In this document: positions 54,383 to 63,990 of the stretch, one piece after another
Position numbering within the stretch: the stretch's first letter is position 1
Layout: each line of letters opens with the position of its first letter
NCBI GenBank assembly: GCA_902386025.1
Contig: CABMHR010000002.1
Span: 56,804 to 120,803 of the forward strand
Direction of reading: 5' to 3'
DNA length: 64,000 bases
DNA from: an uncultured archaeon
Lineage (GTDB): Archaea > Nanobdellota > Nanobdellia > Pacearchaeales > GW2011-AR1
Made by a program: the position numbers and the translations under genes
The notes under the pieces: model-generated
Told to the model about the DNA's origin: nothing
Seen by the model: the letters and a program-made list of their open reading frames with translations, nothing else
Database searches by the model: none

Positions 54383-56575
54383 ATGGCAGAAAAGGAAACA
54401 CAATTGCAGAAAATTCAAAGGCTGAATTCAAGCCCGAAGAACATAAGAAACATAGCGACAAGCGCGCATATTCACCACGGAAAGACTGCTTTGACAGACA
54501 ACCTTTTGGCAGCATCAGGATATATGGCTGCGAAGAATGCAGGAAATCTTGATGAAGGAATGGCTACTTGGCAGCACTCTGACGAGCAGGAAAGATTAAT
54601 GACTGTAGATGCTGCGAATGTTTCAATGGTTCACGATTTCCACGGGGAAGAATATCTGATTAATCTAATTGACACTCCTGGACACGTGGATTTTTCAGGA
54701 AATGTTACAAGGGCTATGAGAGCCATCGACGGAACAATTGTTCTTGTCTGTGCTGTTGAAGGAATAATGCCCCAGACAGAAACAGTAATCAAGCAGGCAT
54801 TAAGGGAAAGAGTAAAGCCTGTTTTGTTTATCAATAAAGTTGACAGACTAATAAAAGAAATGAAACTGACTCCTGAAAGCATGCAGGAAAGATTTGTAAA
54901 AATAATCAAAGAATTCAACGACTTAATTGCTAAAATTGCAGATTCTGAATTTAAGGAAAAGTGGCTTGTCAATATCGGAGACGGAAGTGTTGCATTTGGA
55001 AGTGCAAAAGAAAATTGGGCATTGTCTGTTCCATTTATGAAGAAAAAAGGAATCACATTCAAGGATATTTTCACATTGGTTGAAATGAACGACGCTGACA
55101 GAAAAGAATGGGTTTGGAAAAACGCGCCATTGTATGAAGTTCTTTTGGATATGGCTGTAAAGCATCTTCCCAATCCTCTTGAAGCGCAGGAGTACAGAAT
55201 TCCAAAAATATGGAAAGGGGATTTGGACAGCGGATTTGGAAAAGATTTGATGAAATGCAATCCAAAAGGAAAAGTTGGATTTGTTATAACAAGAATTGTT
55301 GTTGATCCGCGTTCTGGAAAAGAAATTTCAGCAGGAAGATTATTCTCTGGAACAATAAAAAACGGAATGGAAGTTCATCTTAATCTTGCAAACAAAGAGC
55401 AGAAAGTTCAGCAGATATTTGTCTACAACGGAATAAAGCCAGAACAGATTGAAGAAATCGGGCCTGGAAATGTTTTAGCAATTTCTGGAGTTACAGGAGA
55501 AGCAGGAGAAACTGTGACAGAAGAGCCAGAAACTCCTTTTGAAGAATTGAAGCACATATTTGAACCAGTTGTTACAAAGTCAATTGAAGTAAAGAAAATG
55601 ATGGATTTGCCGAAGCTGGTTGAAATATTAAAGCAGGTTGCAAAGGAAGACCCGTCTGTTAAAGTTGAAATCAACGAGCAGACAGGAGAAAGCCTTATTT
55701 CAGGAATGGGAGAACTTCATCTTGAAATAATTGAAAACAGAATAAGAACAGAAAAAGGACTTGATGTAAAAACATCGTCGCCAATTGTTGTTTACAGAGA
55801 AACTGCAAACAAAGAATCTCCAAGCGTTGAAGGAAGAAGTCCAAACAAGCACAACAGCTTTTTCATTTCTGTTGAGCCTCTTGAAGATGATGTTTATGAA
55901 GCAATCAAGAATGGAGATATTCCAGAAGGAAGAGTAAAGAAAAAGAGTCAGGAACTTGCAACAAAATTCTCAAATTTTCCAGAATGGGACAATGAAACTG
56001 TAAAAAGCATTAGAGATATTTACAAAGGAAATGTTTTCTTTGACAAGACAAAAGGAGAAGTTCATATTGGTGAAGTTATTGAAATGGTTTTGGATGCATT
56101 TGAAATGGTTATTGACAGAGGGCCTCTTGCAAGAGAACCCTGCACAAAAATGAAAGTTTCTTTAATGGATATAAGATTGCACGAAGATGCAATTCACAGA
56201 GGGCCTGCACAAGTTTATCCTGCTGTGAGAGAAGCGATGACAGAAGCAATGAAAAAGGGAGATGCCTGCTTGTTAGAGCCTGTCCAGACGCATGTTATTG
56301 AAGCTCCTGACAGATTTTTAAGCACAATCACAAGATTAATCGGAAGCAAGAGAGGGCAGCTTTTGGAAGTGAAGCAGGAAGAAATGGAAACAACAATAAA
56401 AGCAAAGATTCCCGTCGCTGAAATGATTGGATGGAGCAATGATTTGCGTTCTGCAACAGAAGGAAGAGGAGTTTCTTCTCTTTCAGACCAGATGTTTGAA
56501 AAAGTTCCGCAGTCTCTTCAGGCAGAGATTATAAGAAAAATAAGAGACAGAAAGGGTCTTGCCGAGAACCAATAA
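54383..56575 (+). CDS. fusA: Translation elongation factor aEF-2
   Basis: AHIHHGKT, DTPGHVDF, NKVDR, diphthamide site HEDAIHRGPAQ. 730 aa. Confidence 0.95.
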   Translation: MAEKETQLQKIQRLNSSPKNIRNIATSAHIHHGKTALTDNLLAASGYMAAKNAGNLDEGMATWQHSDEQERLMTVDAANVSMVHDFHGEEYLINLIDTPGHVDFSGNVTRAMRAIDGTIVLVCAVEGIMPQTETVIKQALRERVKPVLFINKVDRLIKEMKLTPESMQERFVKIIKEFNDLIAKIADSEFKEKWLVNIGDGSVAFGSAKENWALSVPFMKKKGITFKDIFTLVEMNDADRKEWVWKNAPLYEVLLDMAVKHLPNPLEAQEYRIPKIWKGDLDSGFGKDLMKCNPKGKVGFVITRIVVDPRSGKEISAGRLFSGTIKNGMEVHLNLANKEQKVQQIFVYNGIKPEQIEEIGPGNVLAISGVTGEAGETVTEEPETPFEELKHIFEPVVTKSIEVKKMMDLPKLVEILKQVAKEDPSVKVEINEQTGESLISGMGELHLEIIENRIRTEKGLDVKTSSPIVVYRETANKESPSVEGRSPNKHNSFFISVEPLEDDVYEAIKNGDIPEGRVKKKSQELATKFSNFPEWDNETVKSIRDIYKGNVFFDKTKGEVHIGEVIEMVLDAFEMVIDRGPLAREPCTKMKVSLMDIRLHEDAIHRGPAQVYPAVREAMTEAMKKGDACLLEPVQTHVIEAPDRFLSTITRLIGSKRGQLLEVKQEEMETTIKAKIPVAEMIGWSNDLRSATEGRGVSSLSDQMFEKVPQSLQAEIIRKIRDRKGLAENQ

Positions 56576-56626
56576 TGTATCTTATACAAGATAAATGCTT
56601 TTATACATTAGACTATTCTGCAGTGA

Positions 56627-57007
56627 ATGGGAAAAAATCTCATCAAATTTCTTGGTGCTGTGTTAATCGGAGCTTCTGTTTTAGGATGTGCAACTGCTCC
56701 TGTTCAGGAAAAAGCTGTCCAGAAAGAAATTGAAAAAGAATCACCTGAAACATATCTAATAAAAGAATTTAAGATAAATGATTATACCATAAAAGTAGCA
56801 CTTATTCCCTTAGGAAATAATTTTGTTGAGATGTATGATACAAACGGCGATAATGTGGGGGATTTAGGATTTTTTTATAAGATAGATGACAAGACAAAAG
56901 AAGGCATAATCCGAGGAGAGCTTGTTGAGATTAGATATGACAAAAACCTCGACAAAGTTCTTGAACCCGAGGAAAGAATCTGGGCAAGGGAAGATTTAGG
57001 ATTATAA
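56627..57007 (+). CDS. Putative lipoprotein inserted between aEF-2 and aEF-1alpha
   Basis: Signal peptide with lipobox-like LGC (LIGASVLGCATAP). No family recognised. Confidence 0.5.
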   Translation: MGKNLIKFLGAVLIGASVLGCATAPVQEKAVQKEIEKESPETYLIKEFKINDYTIKVALIPLGNNFVEMYDTNGDNVGDLGFFYKIDDKTKEGIIRGELVEIRYDKNLDKVLEPEERIWAREDLGL

Positions 57008-57010
57008 AAT

Positions 57011-57026
57011 CAAAACATTTTTAAAC
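57011..57026 (+). promoter_or_regulatory. BRE/TATA-like promoter element upstream of aEF-1alpha
   Basis: caaaacatttttaaac lies ~56-71 nt upstream of the ATG at 57082. Confidence 0.45.
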
Positions 57027-57081
57027 CTCAATTTTTTTACTAAGATATCAAAAATTCTGACAAGAATTTTAACATAATACG

Positions 57082-58368
<1,287 letters not shown>

Positions 58369-58389
58369 TTTTTCTGAACTTTTATTAAA

Positions 58390-58584
58390 ATGACAATCAA
58401 TATTGATGAATATACTCAAGAATTTGAAGATATGTTTATCAGAATAACTGAAAAAGGGGAAAAGCCATACAGAGTGTTCAGTGAATATTCTCCTGCTTTT
58501 GAAGAAGAGGGGATTGGAATTAGAGGAATGAGCCATCATTTTTTTGATTTTGTAAAGGACAGAGTTTATAGGACGCTTGTTTAA
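58390..58584 (+). CDS. Hypothetical small protein (sits where S10 is usually found)
   Basis: 64-aa ORF. The sequence does not resemble uS10. Confidence 0.4.
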   Translation: MTINIDEYTQEFEDMFIRITEKGEKPYRVFSEYSPAFEEEGIGIRGMSHHFFDFVKDRVYRTLV

Positions 58585-58637
58585 TTATTACCTTTTTTTA
58601 TATAATTCTTTTTAAATAGCAGGTTGCATTCAGAAGA

Positions 58638-58826
58638 ATGAGATATGAAATTCAGGGAGTAGGAATGGAAGAACTTGAGATGGTTCTGGCTTCTGCAGAA
58701 AATAAATTTAACAGCGTTGAATACAAAGGAAAGTCAAAAACAGTTATACTTGAAAGTGATGAGCAGATGAATTTGTCAAAATTATCAGAGAAGGGATTGA
58801 TTGTAAAAATTCTGCCTGTATTTTAA
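58638..58826 (+). CDS. Hypothetical small protein
   Basis: 62-aa ORF preceded by tttttaaa at 58609-58616, 22 nt upstream. Confidence 0.4.
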   Translation: MRYEIQGVGMEELEMVLASAENKFNSVEYKGKSKTVILESDEQMNLSKLSEKGLIVKILPVF

Positions 58827-58883
58827 GAGAAGTATATCTTTTTCTAAATAAAAACTTTTAAACTATGATTTTATAATCATTTT

Positions 58884-59024
58884 ATGGAAAAAAGAGACAG
58901 CAGATATTTGGTTTCTATCACAGGGGCAAACACGCATTTTGAATGCCCGATAAACACCCTGTCTGATTTTGAAGATTTGGAAAATATATTAAGGATTATG
59001 AAAAAGAAAATTCAAGGTATTTAA
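58884..59024 (+). CDS. Possible 46-aa ORF
   Basis: Own translation: MEKRDSRYLVSITGANTHFECPINTLSDFEDLENILRIMKKKIQGI. Preceded by aaaaacttttaaac. Its stop is 1 nt before the next ATG. Confidence 0.3.
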   Translation: MEKRDSRYLVSITGANTHFECPINTLSDFEDLENILRIMKKKIQGI

Positions 59025-59025
59025 A

Positions 59026-59580
59026 ATGCTAAGAAAAGAGATGACTAAAGTTGAAATTGAAAAAGAACTTTCTGGAAAAGGAGATTATGTTCTTATTGAC
59101 AATATGACAAGGTTCCTTAAAGAAAATCCCCCTCTGGACATAAAGAAATTTGTTTCTCTCAAGCTTGTTGAAATTTATGAGAAAAGAGCAATGTTCGGCG
59201 ACGCTGCAGAATTATATTCAAGACTGGTTGAAATTGCCTTGAATAATTCAGACAAAGTTAATTATCTCACAAAGCAGACAGAATGCTATGTCAGGGCAGG
59301 ATTTTTTGACAAGGCAGATTTAGCCCTTAAAAGAGCTGTTGCAGAAGCGAGCATTGCAGAGAGAGCAAAAATAACAATGTCAATAAAGGAATTTTACAAG
59401 AAGCAGGCGCAGATGTATGAAAAAGAGAAGAGAAGAAACAATGCAATGAAGACTTACGAGAAAATGCTTACAATGAATTTTTCCGAGGCTGAAAAAATGG
59501 AAATAAACCAAAAGCTTGCAGGAATTTACAAAGAGCTTGGCTTGGTTGAAAGATATATGAGCACAGAAAGAAAATTGTAG
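59026..59580 (+). CDS. Helical-repeat (TPR-like) protein
   Basis: 184 aa of repeated helix pairs (AELYSRLVEIALNNSD..., YVRAGFFDKADLALKRAV). Confidence 0.4.
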   Translation: MLRKEMTKVEIEKELSGKGDYVLIDNMTRFLKENPPLDIKKFVSLKLVEIYEKRAMFGDAAELYSRLVEIALNNSDKVNYLTKQTECYVRAGFFDKADLALKRAVAEASIAERAKITMSIKEFYKKQAQMYEKEKRRNNAMKTYEKMLTMNFSEAEKMEINQKLAGIYKELGLVERYMSTERKL

Positions 59581-59718
59581 GAAAATAGGAATTAAGTTAA
59601 TGTAAAAACCTGCGAGTTTATAATGGGTGCTGGATTGGTGTTCTATTAGATAACTAAACCTTTTCTTTAAATCCAATTTCGCAATCTTTAAAAATGATTT
59701 TTGTATAAGATTTGTATT

Positions 59719-59854
59719 GCCCATGTGGTCTAGCGGCTATGACATGTCCCTGTCACTTGTAAGGAACCAAGGTTCCTTGACACTCAACTTCCTTTAGGGA
59801 AAATGGGTGCAAAGCAGAACGGACATAATCCGAGTTCGACTCTCGGCGTGGGCG
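59719..59854 (+). tRNA. tRNA-Asp (GTC) with a ~64-nt intron in the anticodon loop
   Basis: Hand fold: acceptor GCCCATG/CGTGGGC, D-arm GTCT AGCGGCTA TGAC, anticodon stem TGTCC (59745-49) / GGACA (59821-25), loop CTGTCA^(intron 59756-59819)^C, T-arm CCGAG TTCGACT CTCGG, discriminator G. Confidence 0.8.
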
Positions 59855-59969
59855 TTCTTATAAAATGTCTCAAAAGGTGGGACGCGAAATTCTAGAATTT
59901 TATGCAGAAAAAATTAAAAATTTAAGCAAAAACCTCATAATATTTAAATAAAAGAATATTACTTTTTTA

Positions 59970-60584
59970 ATGGATAAAAAAGAGATGTTCAATATAGTAA
60001 AGAAATTACCTTTTGATAAAATGACTTCTGTTTTTAAGAAAGGGAATACGGAAGTTTTATTGTTTCGTCCATCTAAACTTTCTGCACGATTCAAGGATTA
60101 TGATGTCAAAAAGAATTTTCAAATATGGCTTAAAGAAGGGAATAGAGAATTTCGTCCAAATCATTTAAGAGTTATGATTGATTTAAATTTAAGAATTAGG
60201 AGCCGTCCAGATTTGAAGAGAGAATTGTTAATAGCATTTGATAATATTTTTTATGGAAAAGATCCAGAGAAAGAACTTTCTAAAGTTTCAAAAGAGAAAT
60301 TTGAGCATTACCTTAATGATTTAACTGTTATTGGGGTTTTAGCTCAATTGTTTATTATTGAACAAGAATATGGTTATCATAAAGAAAGTATGTTTGAACC
60401 TCCAACTTTATTCTTTCAGGGTTGGATAAGAGAATTTATAGACAATCCAAAGGAGATAGATAATTTGTGTATGAGTGTTGCTAATGGACAACCACCAATA
60501 GCGAAATATGTCTCATTTGAAAGTAAGAAGCATAAGAAATATAAACCTAATTTAAAACCTCTTTGGTATTTAGAAGATAATTAA
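59970..60584 (+). CDS. Hypothetical protein (positional candidate partner of the Dam methylase)
   Basis: 204-aa ORF convergent with dam. No nuclease motif confidently recognised. Confidence 0.45.
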   Translation: MDKKEMFNIVKKLPFDKMTSVFKKGNTEVLLFRPSKLSARFKDYDVKKNFQIWLKEGNREFRPNHLRVMIDLNLRIRSRPDLKRELLIAFDNIFYGKDPEKELSKVSKEKFEHYLNDLTVIGVLAQLFIIEQEYGYHKESMFEPPTLFFQGWIREFIDNPKEIDNLCMSVANGQPPIAKYVSFESKKHKKYKPNLKPLWYLEDN

Positions 60585-60601
60585 AAAATTTACCCCCAAA
60601 T

Positions 60602-60823
60602 ATGAAACATCTTTTTAGAAATTGTAAAGAATGTGGAAAAAAATATTCTTATTGGAAAAACCAATCCGAATCATGTCAATCTTGTAGGAATAAAAATAGA
60701 AGATTTGCAATAAAGATTAAAATTCTTTTTGATAGATTAAGTCCAGAAGATAAAAAAGAAATTTTAGATGAATTTACGCCTCAAAAAACAAATCCTAAAC
60801 TTCCCTCATTTCTTAGAATATAG
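60602..60823 (+). CDS. Small Zn-ribbon protein
   Basis: CKECGKKY...CQSCRNK. Confidence 0.45.
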   Translation: MKHLFRNCKECGKKYSYWKNQSESCQSCRNKNRRFAIKIKILFDRLSPEDKKEILDEFTPQKTNPKLPSFLRI

Positions 60824-60842
60824 TTTTTCTGCTGAATAAAGA

Positions 60843-61685
60843 TTAAATCTTTTTTTGGATCAGATAATTAGTTATAACAATTTCGTTTATTTTTCCTCTT
60901 TTTGTTGCATTGCAGTTTATCATTCTTGTTGCTTTTACCACACTAATATAATATCCCCTATACAAATTTTTTATAAATTCTGTATCGCTGTTAGATAACA
61001 TAACCTTACATCCTCTTTTATCAAGGTCTTTGAAAACTTCTGCTAATTTTTCCTGTTCTTTTTCTAAAAACTGCTCTTTTGTATACTTAGTAAAACTGCT
61101 TCTATTTAATGGATAGTAAGGAGGATCGAAATAAATAAAATCGCCTTTCTTTGCTTTTTTAACTGCGTCATAAAATTGTTTTACACTTATATCATCCTTT
61201 TGTAATAATTTAGAAATCTCTCTTAAATCTTCTTCTTGACAGATAGTTGGATTTTTGTAATCTCCTATTGGGACATTAAATTGTCCTTTGGAATTAACCC
61301 GATATAACCCATTAAAACAAGTTTTATTTAAATAAATAAAACGAGTAGCTATTTGTAATTCACTTAATTTATTCACCTCTTGAGATCTTATTTTGTAATA
61401 AAATTCTTTATTATGTTTTTCTTTATATTGCTTTAATAAATTAATCAAATTATTAATATCATTTTTTACAACTTTGTAAGTTGTTACTAATTCTTTATTT
61501 ATATCTGAAAGATAAATCTTTTTTATTTCTGGATGAGTTTTAAGTAAATAAAATCCTATTGTCCCCCCACCAACAAAACTCTCATAATAATTTTCTATTT
61601 TATCTGGGAAAAATTGTTTAAATTGCTCTAATAATTGTTTCTTTCCTCCAGCCCATTTTATAAAAGAAGGTATTCCATTGCTCAT
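60843..61685 (-). CDS. dam: DNA adenine methyltransferase (Dam / D12 class, N6-A)
   Basis: FIKWAGGKKQLL, ESFVGGGTIGF (SAM binding), FIYFDPPY (catalytic DPPY). Confidence 0.9.
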   Translation of the reverse strand: MSNGIPSFIKWAGGKKQLLEQFKQFFPDKIENYYESFVGGGTIGFYLLKTHPEIKKIYLSDINKELVTTYKVVKNDINNLINLLKQYKEKHNKEFYYKIRSQEVNKLSELQIATRFIYLNKTCFNGLYRVNSKGQFNVPIGDYKNPTICQEEDLREISKLLQKDDISVKQFYDAVKKAKKGDFIYFDPPYYPLNRSSFTKYTKEQFLEKEQEKLAEVFKDLDKRGCKVMLSNSDTEFIKNLYRGYYISVVKATRMINCNATKRGKINEIVITNYLIQKKI

Positions 61686-61843
61686 TTTTTCTTATTCCTC
61701 CCCTTAAATATTTTCCTTGGAGTTTTCCAATAAGGAGATTTGCATTTAGGACAGATTATTGGTTTAACTTTATTTCGGGGTATCCATTGATGAGAACATC
61801 TCTCGCATCTATAAGCTGTAACTTCTATTTTTAACTCAGCCAT
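61682..61843 (-). CDS. Unannotated 53-aa Zn-ribbon protein translationally coupled to dam
   Basis: Own translation: MAELKIEVTAYRCERCSHQWIPRNKVKPIICPKCKSPYWKTPRKIFKGRNKKK. Its TGA overlaps the dam ATG (ATGA). Confidence 0.6.
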   Translation of the reverse strand: MAELKIEVTAYRCERCSHQWIPRNKVKPIICPKCKSPYWKTPRKIFKGRNKKK

Positions 61844-61902
61844 AAATAGATAAATAATATTTATTTTATAAACTTACCTATTAGGTTATACCTTATAAGA
61901 AA

Positions 61903-62250
61903 CTACTTCTTTAATTTAACAGTAGTATAAGGTCTTCCTGTTTTATCGCTTTTTTTATGTTCTATTATTTCCACTTCACCAAAGAATTCTAATTCTTTAA
62001 CGTGATTCAATATAGTTAAGTTATTAGTATTTGTCTTTCGTTCTAATTCTCCCAAAGAAATTTCACCCTCTTCTTTTAGAGATTGGAGAATCTTCTTTTT
62101 TTGTCTAAACCCCCTCTTCTTTTCATTCCATAAATAAGTGGAAAGGTTTAAAAGATACAATCCATTAATTAATGGACAGATTAAAATGGTAAAAGAAAAG
62201 AAGTTTAGTCTAGATGGAAGATGGGTAATTCCTGTAATAACCATTCTCAC
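61903..62250 (-). CDS. wHTH DNA-binding protein (start uncertain)
   Basis: KKKILQSLKEEGEISLGELERKTNTNNLTILNHVKELEFFGEVEII. The N-terminal ~40 aa of the track ORF overlap the opposite-strand ORF and may not be translated. Confidence 0.5.
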   Translation of the reverse strand: MRMVITGITHLPSRLNFFSFTILICPLINGLYLLNLSTYLWNEKKRGFRQKKKILQSLKEEGEISLGELERKTNTNNLTILNHVKELEFFGEVEIIEHKKSDKTGRPYTTVKLKK

Positions 62251-62476
62251 AGTTTTATGTCTTATTGGATTATATGGGTATCTTAGTTTGAAAGTAGATT
62301 ATAACCAATTAAATAGCCAATATGTTCGGTCGCAACAAGACGCTCAACGACAAAAAGATATGGTAAGTACATTACAACAAGGATTCTACGAAGCACAATT
62401 AAACCTAACTCAGACTATGGCAGGTTATGATTGTTATAAACGAGGAACTACTTATTGCTATGACACTCCAAAATAA
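62186..62476 (+). CDS. Membrane-anchored coiled-coil protein with Cys-containing C-terminus
   Basis: MVKEKKFSLDGRWVIPVITILTVLCLIGLYGYL (TM helix), YNQLNSQYVRSQQDAQRQ coiled coil, C-terminal CYKRGTTYCY. ATG 62186 is preferred over the track GTG at 62138. Confidence 0.5.
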   Translation: MVKEKKFSLDGRWVIPVITILTVLCLIGLYGYLSLKVDYNQLNSQYVRSQQDAQRQKDMVSTLQQGFYEAQLNLTQTMAGYDCYKRGTTYCYDTPK

Positions 62477-62510
62477 ATTAATATTTAAAGTAAATACCTC
62501 TAATTAATCA

Positions 62511-63497
62511 ATGATAGAAGACAAACAAGTGTATAAATGTCCTTTCTGTGAAAGTAAGATTACTAAAGAGCAATTTGACCAAGTAATACAAGAAAATGAA
62601 CTCTTAAAGAAAAAAGCTCAAGAGTTACAAGAGACAATTAAAAAGTTAGAGTCTGAAAAAGCTAAACTTAAAGAAAAGATAAAAGAAGCAGTAGAAATAG
62701 AAAAGAAAAAAGCTCAAAAGTTAATAGATGAAAATAAGAAATTAAAGCAAGAAAAAGCAAAATTTGAAGAACAAATAAAAGAGGTAAGAAAAAAAGAAAG
62801 AGAAAAATATGGGGAAAAACTTGAAAGAGATTCAAGACTTATAGAAAAACTTAAAGAAGAAAATGAATTATTGAAAAAAGGATTAAGTCCTCAGGATGCT
62901 GGATTTGATTTTGAAAATAATATGCAAGCTTGGTTAGAGAAAAAATTTGATAAAGATAAAGTTGAAAAAACAGGAAAGAAAGGTGATTCTTTGTTAAGAA
63001 TTATGAACAAAGGCAAAGAAATTGGGATGATACTAATTGAATGCAAGAAAAAAGCAACTCATCAAAAATCAGACATTGAAGAAGTAAAAAGACATAAGAT
63101 AGATGCAAAAGCTGATGTTGGGGTTCTTATAACAAATGGATATTTTGGAAAGAAAAAGATGGATGGATTTTGCAATATTGAGGGCATTCTTGTTATTAGA
63201 CCTTATAGTGCATTAGAGTTTATTGAACTTCTCAGAAAACAGATAGTAGAAATAGATTCTCTAAAAATTTCAGATGAAGAGAAAAATAAAGAATTAACAA
63301 AATTGTGGAAATTTATACATAGCCAAGAATTTGAATCTCAAATGAATTCTATTTTAAGAGATGTCAATTTGCTAAAGGAATTGGATGATAAAGAAGGAGA
63401 CATACTAAAGAAAAGGGGTAAAATTGAGGAGAACATCCTAAAAGCACACAAAATAATTAGTGAAGAAATAGATAAAACAAGAAAAACTACAAATTAA
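62511..63497 (+). CDS. Coiled-coil protein with C-terminal PD-(D/E)xK-like nuclease domain (DUF2130-like architecture)
   Basis: N-terminal CPFC, ~120 aa of K/E-rich coiled coil, then GKKGDSLLRIM...GMILIECKKK (D...E-x-K). Confidence 0.55.
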   Translation: MIEDKQVYKCPFCESKITKEQFDQVIQENELLKKKAQELQETIKKLESEKAKLKEKIKEAVEIEKKKAQKLIDENKKLKQEKAKFEEQIKEVRKKEREKYGEKLERDSRLIEKLKEENELLKKGLSPQDAGFDFENNMQAWLEKKFDKDKVEKTGKKGDSLLRIMNKGKEIGMILIECKKKATHQKSDIEEVKRHKIDAKADVGVLITNGYFGKKKMDGFCNIEGILVIRPYSALEFIELLRKQIVEIDSLKISDEEKNKELTKLWKFIHSQEFESQMNSILRDVNLLKELDDKEGDILKKRGKIEENILKAHKIISEEIDKTRKTTN

Positions 63498-63574
63498 TTG
63501 TTAAATAGTAATGTTCTTTATACATTTTACATGTTTTAATTATTTTAAAATTGTTTTTAATTGATTCTGTTAAT

Positions 63575-63609
63575 TTTTATTTACATTTACTAATTTTAAA
63601 CTAGTTTTT
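63575..63609 (+). repeat. Iteron-like 35-nt direct repeat, copy 1
   Basis: ttttatttacatttactaattttaaactagttttt. Contains the tandem hexamer atttac-atttac. Confidence 0.85.
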
Positions 63610-63637
63610 CTATTAATTTTATTCAATTTTTAGTGCA

Positions 63638-63672
63638 TTTTATTTGCATTTGCTAATTTTAAACTAGTTTTT
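63638..63672 (+). repeat. Iteron-like 35-nt direct repeat, copy 2
   Basis: ttttatttgcatttgctaattttaaactagttttt. 33/35 identical to copy 1, offset 63 nt. Confidence 0.85.
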
Positions 63673-63699
63673 TAAAAACAATTTGGAATTAAATACAAA

Positions 63700-63990
63700 T
63701 TAATGTTTACGTTCTTTAAGTTTTTCAAGAAAAATTTGAAAGTATGGGAAACCAACTTCAATTGTTTCTTTTCCTTTCTTTACTTGCTCCCAAGAATTTG
63801 CATTAACTTTAAATGAGCCATCTTCCAACTTTTCTAAAAATCCTTTTTTTAGCAATTCATTGCAAGACTTTTGATAGTCTCTGTAATTTGCTCTTCCGTA
63901 AGCCCGAGCAATTTCAATATATTTTGCGGGATTATTGTTATTCATTTTGAAATAAGCAAGAATTGAAATTTCTACTTTAGTCCAAGGCAA
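63700..63990 (-). CDS. wHTH DNA-binding protein
   Basis: YIEIARAYGRANYRDYQKSCNELLKKGFLEKLEDGSFKVN. The start is uncertain (non-ATG in the track; internal ATG at MNNNNPAKY). Confidence 0.5.
   Translation of the reverse strand: MPWTKVEISILAYFKMNNNNPAKYIEIARAYGRANYRDYQKSCNELLKKGFLEKLEDGSFKVNANSWEQVKKGKETIEVGFPYFQIFLEKLKERKH

Noticed and set aside
45699-56575. Inteins or other large insertions in rpoB, rpoA, aEF-2 and nrdD.
   Set aside because: Protein lengths are at or below typical values, and conserved motifs follow each other without extra blocks. No intein splice-junction motifs were seen.
63498-63699. Possible CRISPR array (direct repeats in an AT-rich spacer).
   Set aside because: There are only two repeat copies, the repeats are AT-rich rather than CRISPR-like, no cas genes are present, and the 28-nt spacer between them is low-complexity. 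They are interpreted as iteron or operator repeats instead.
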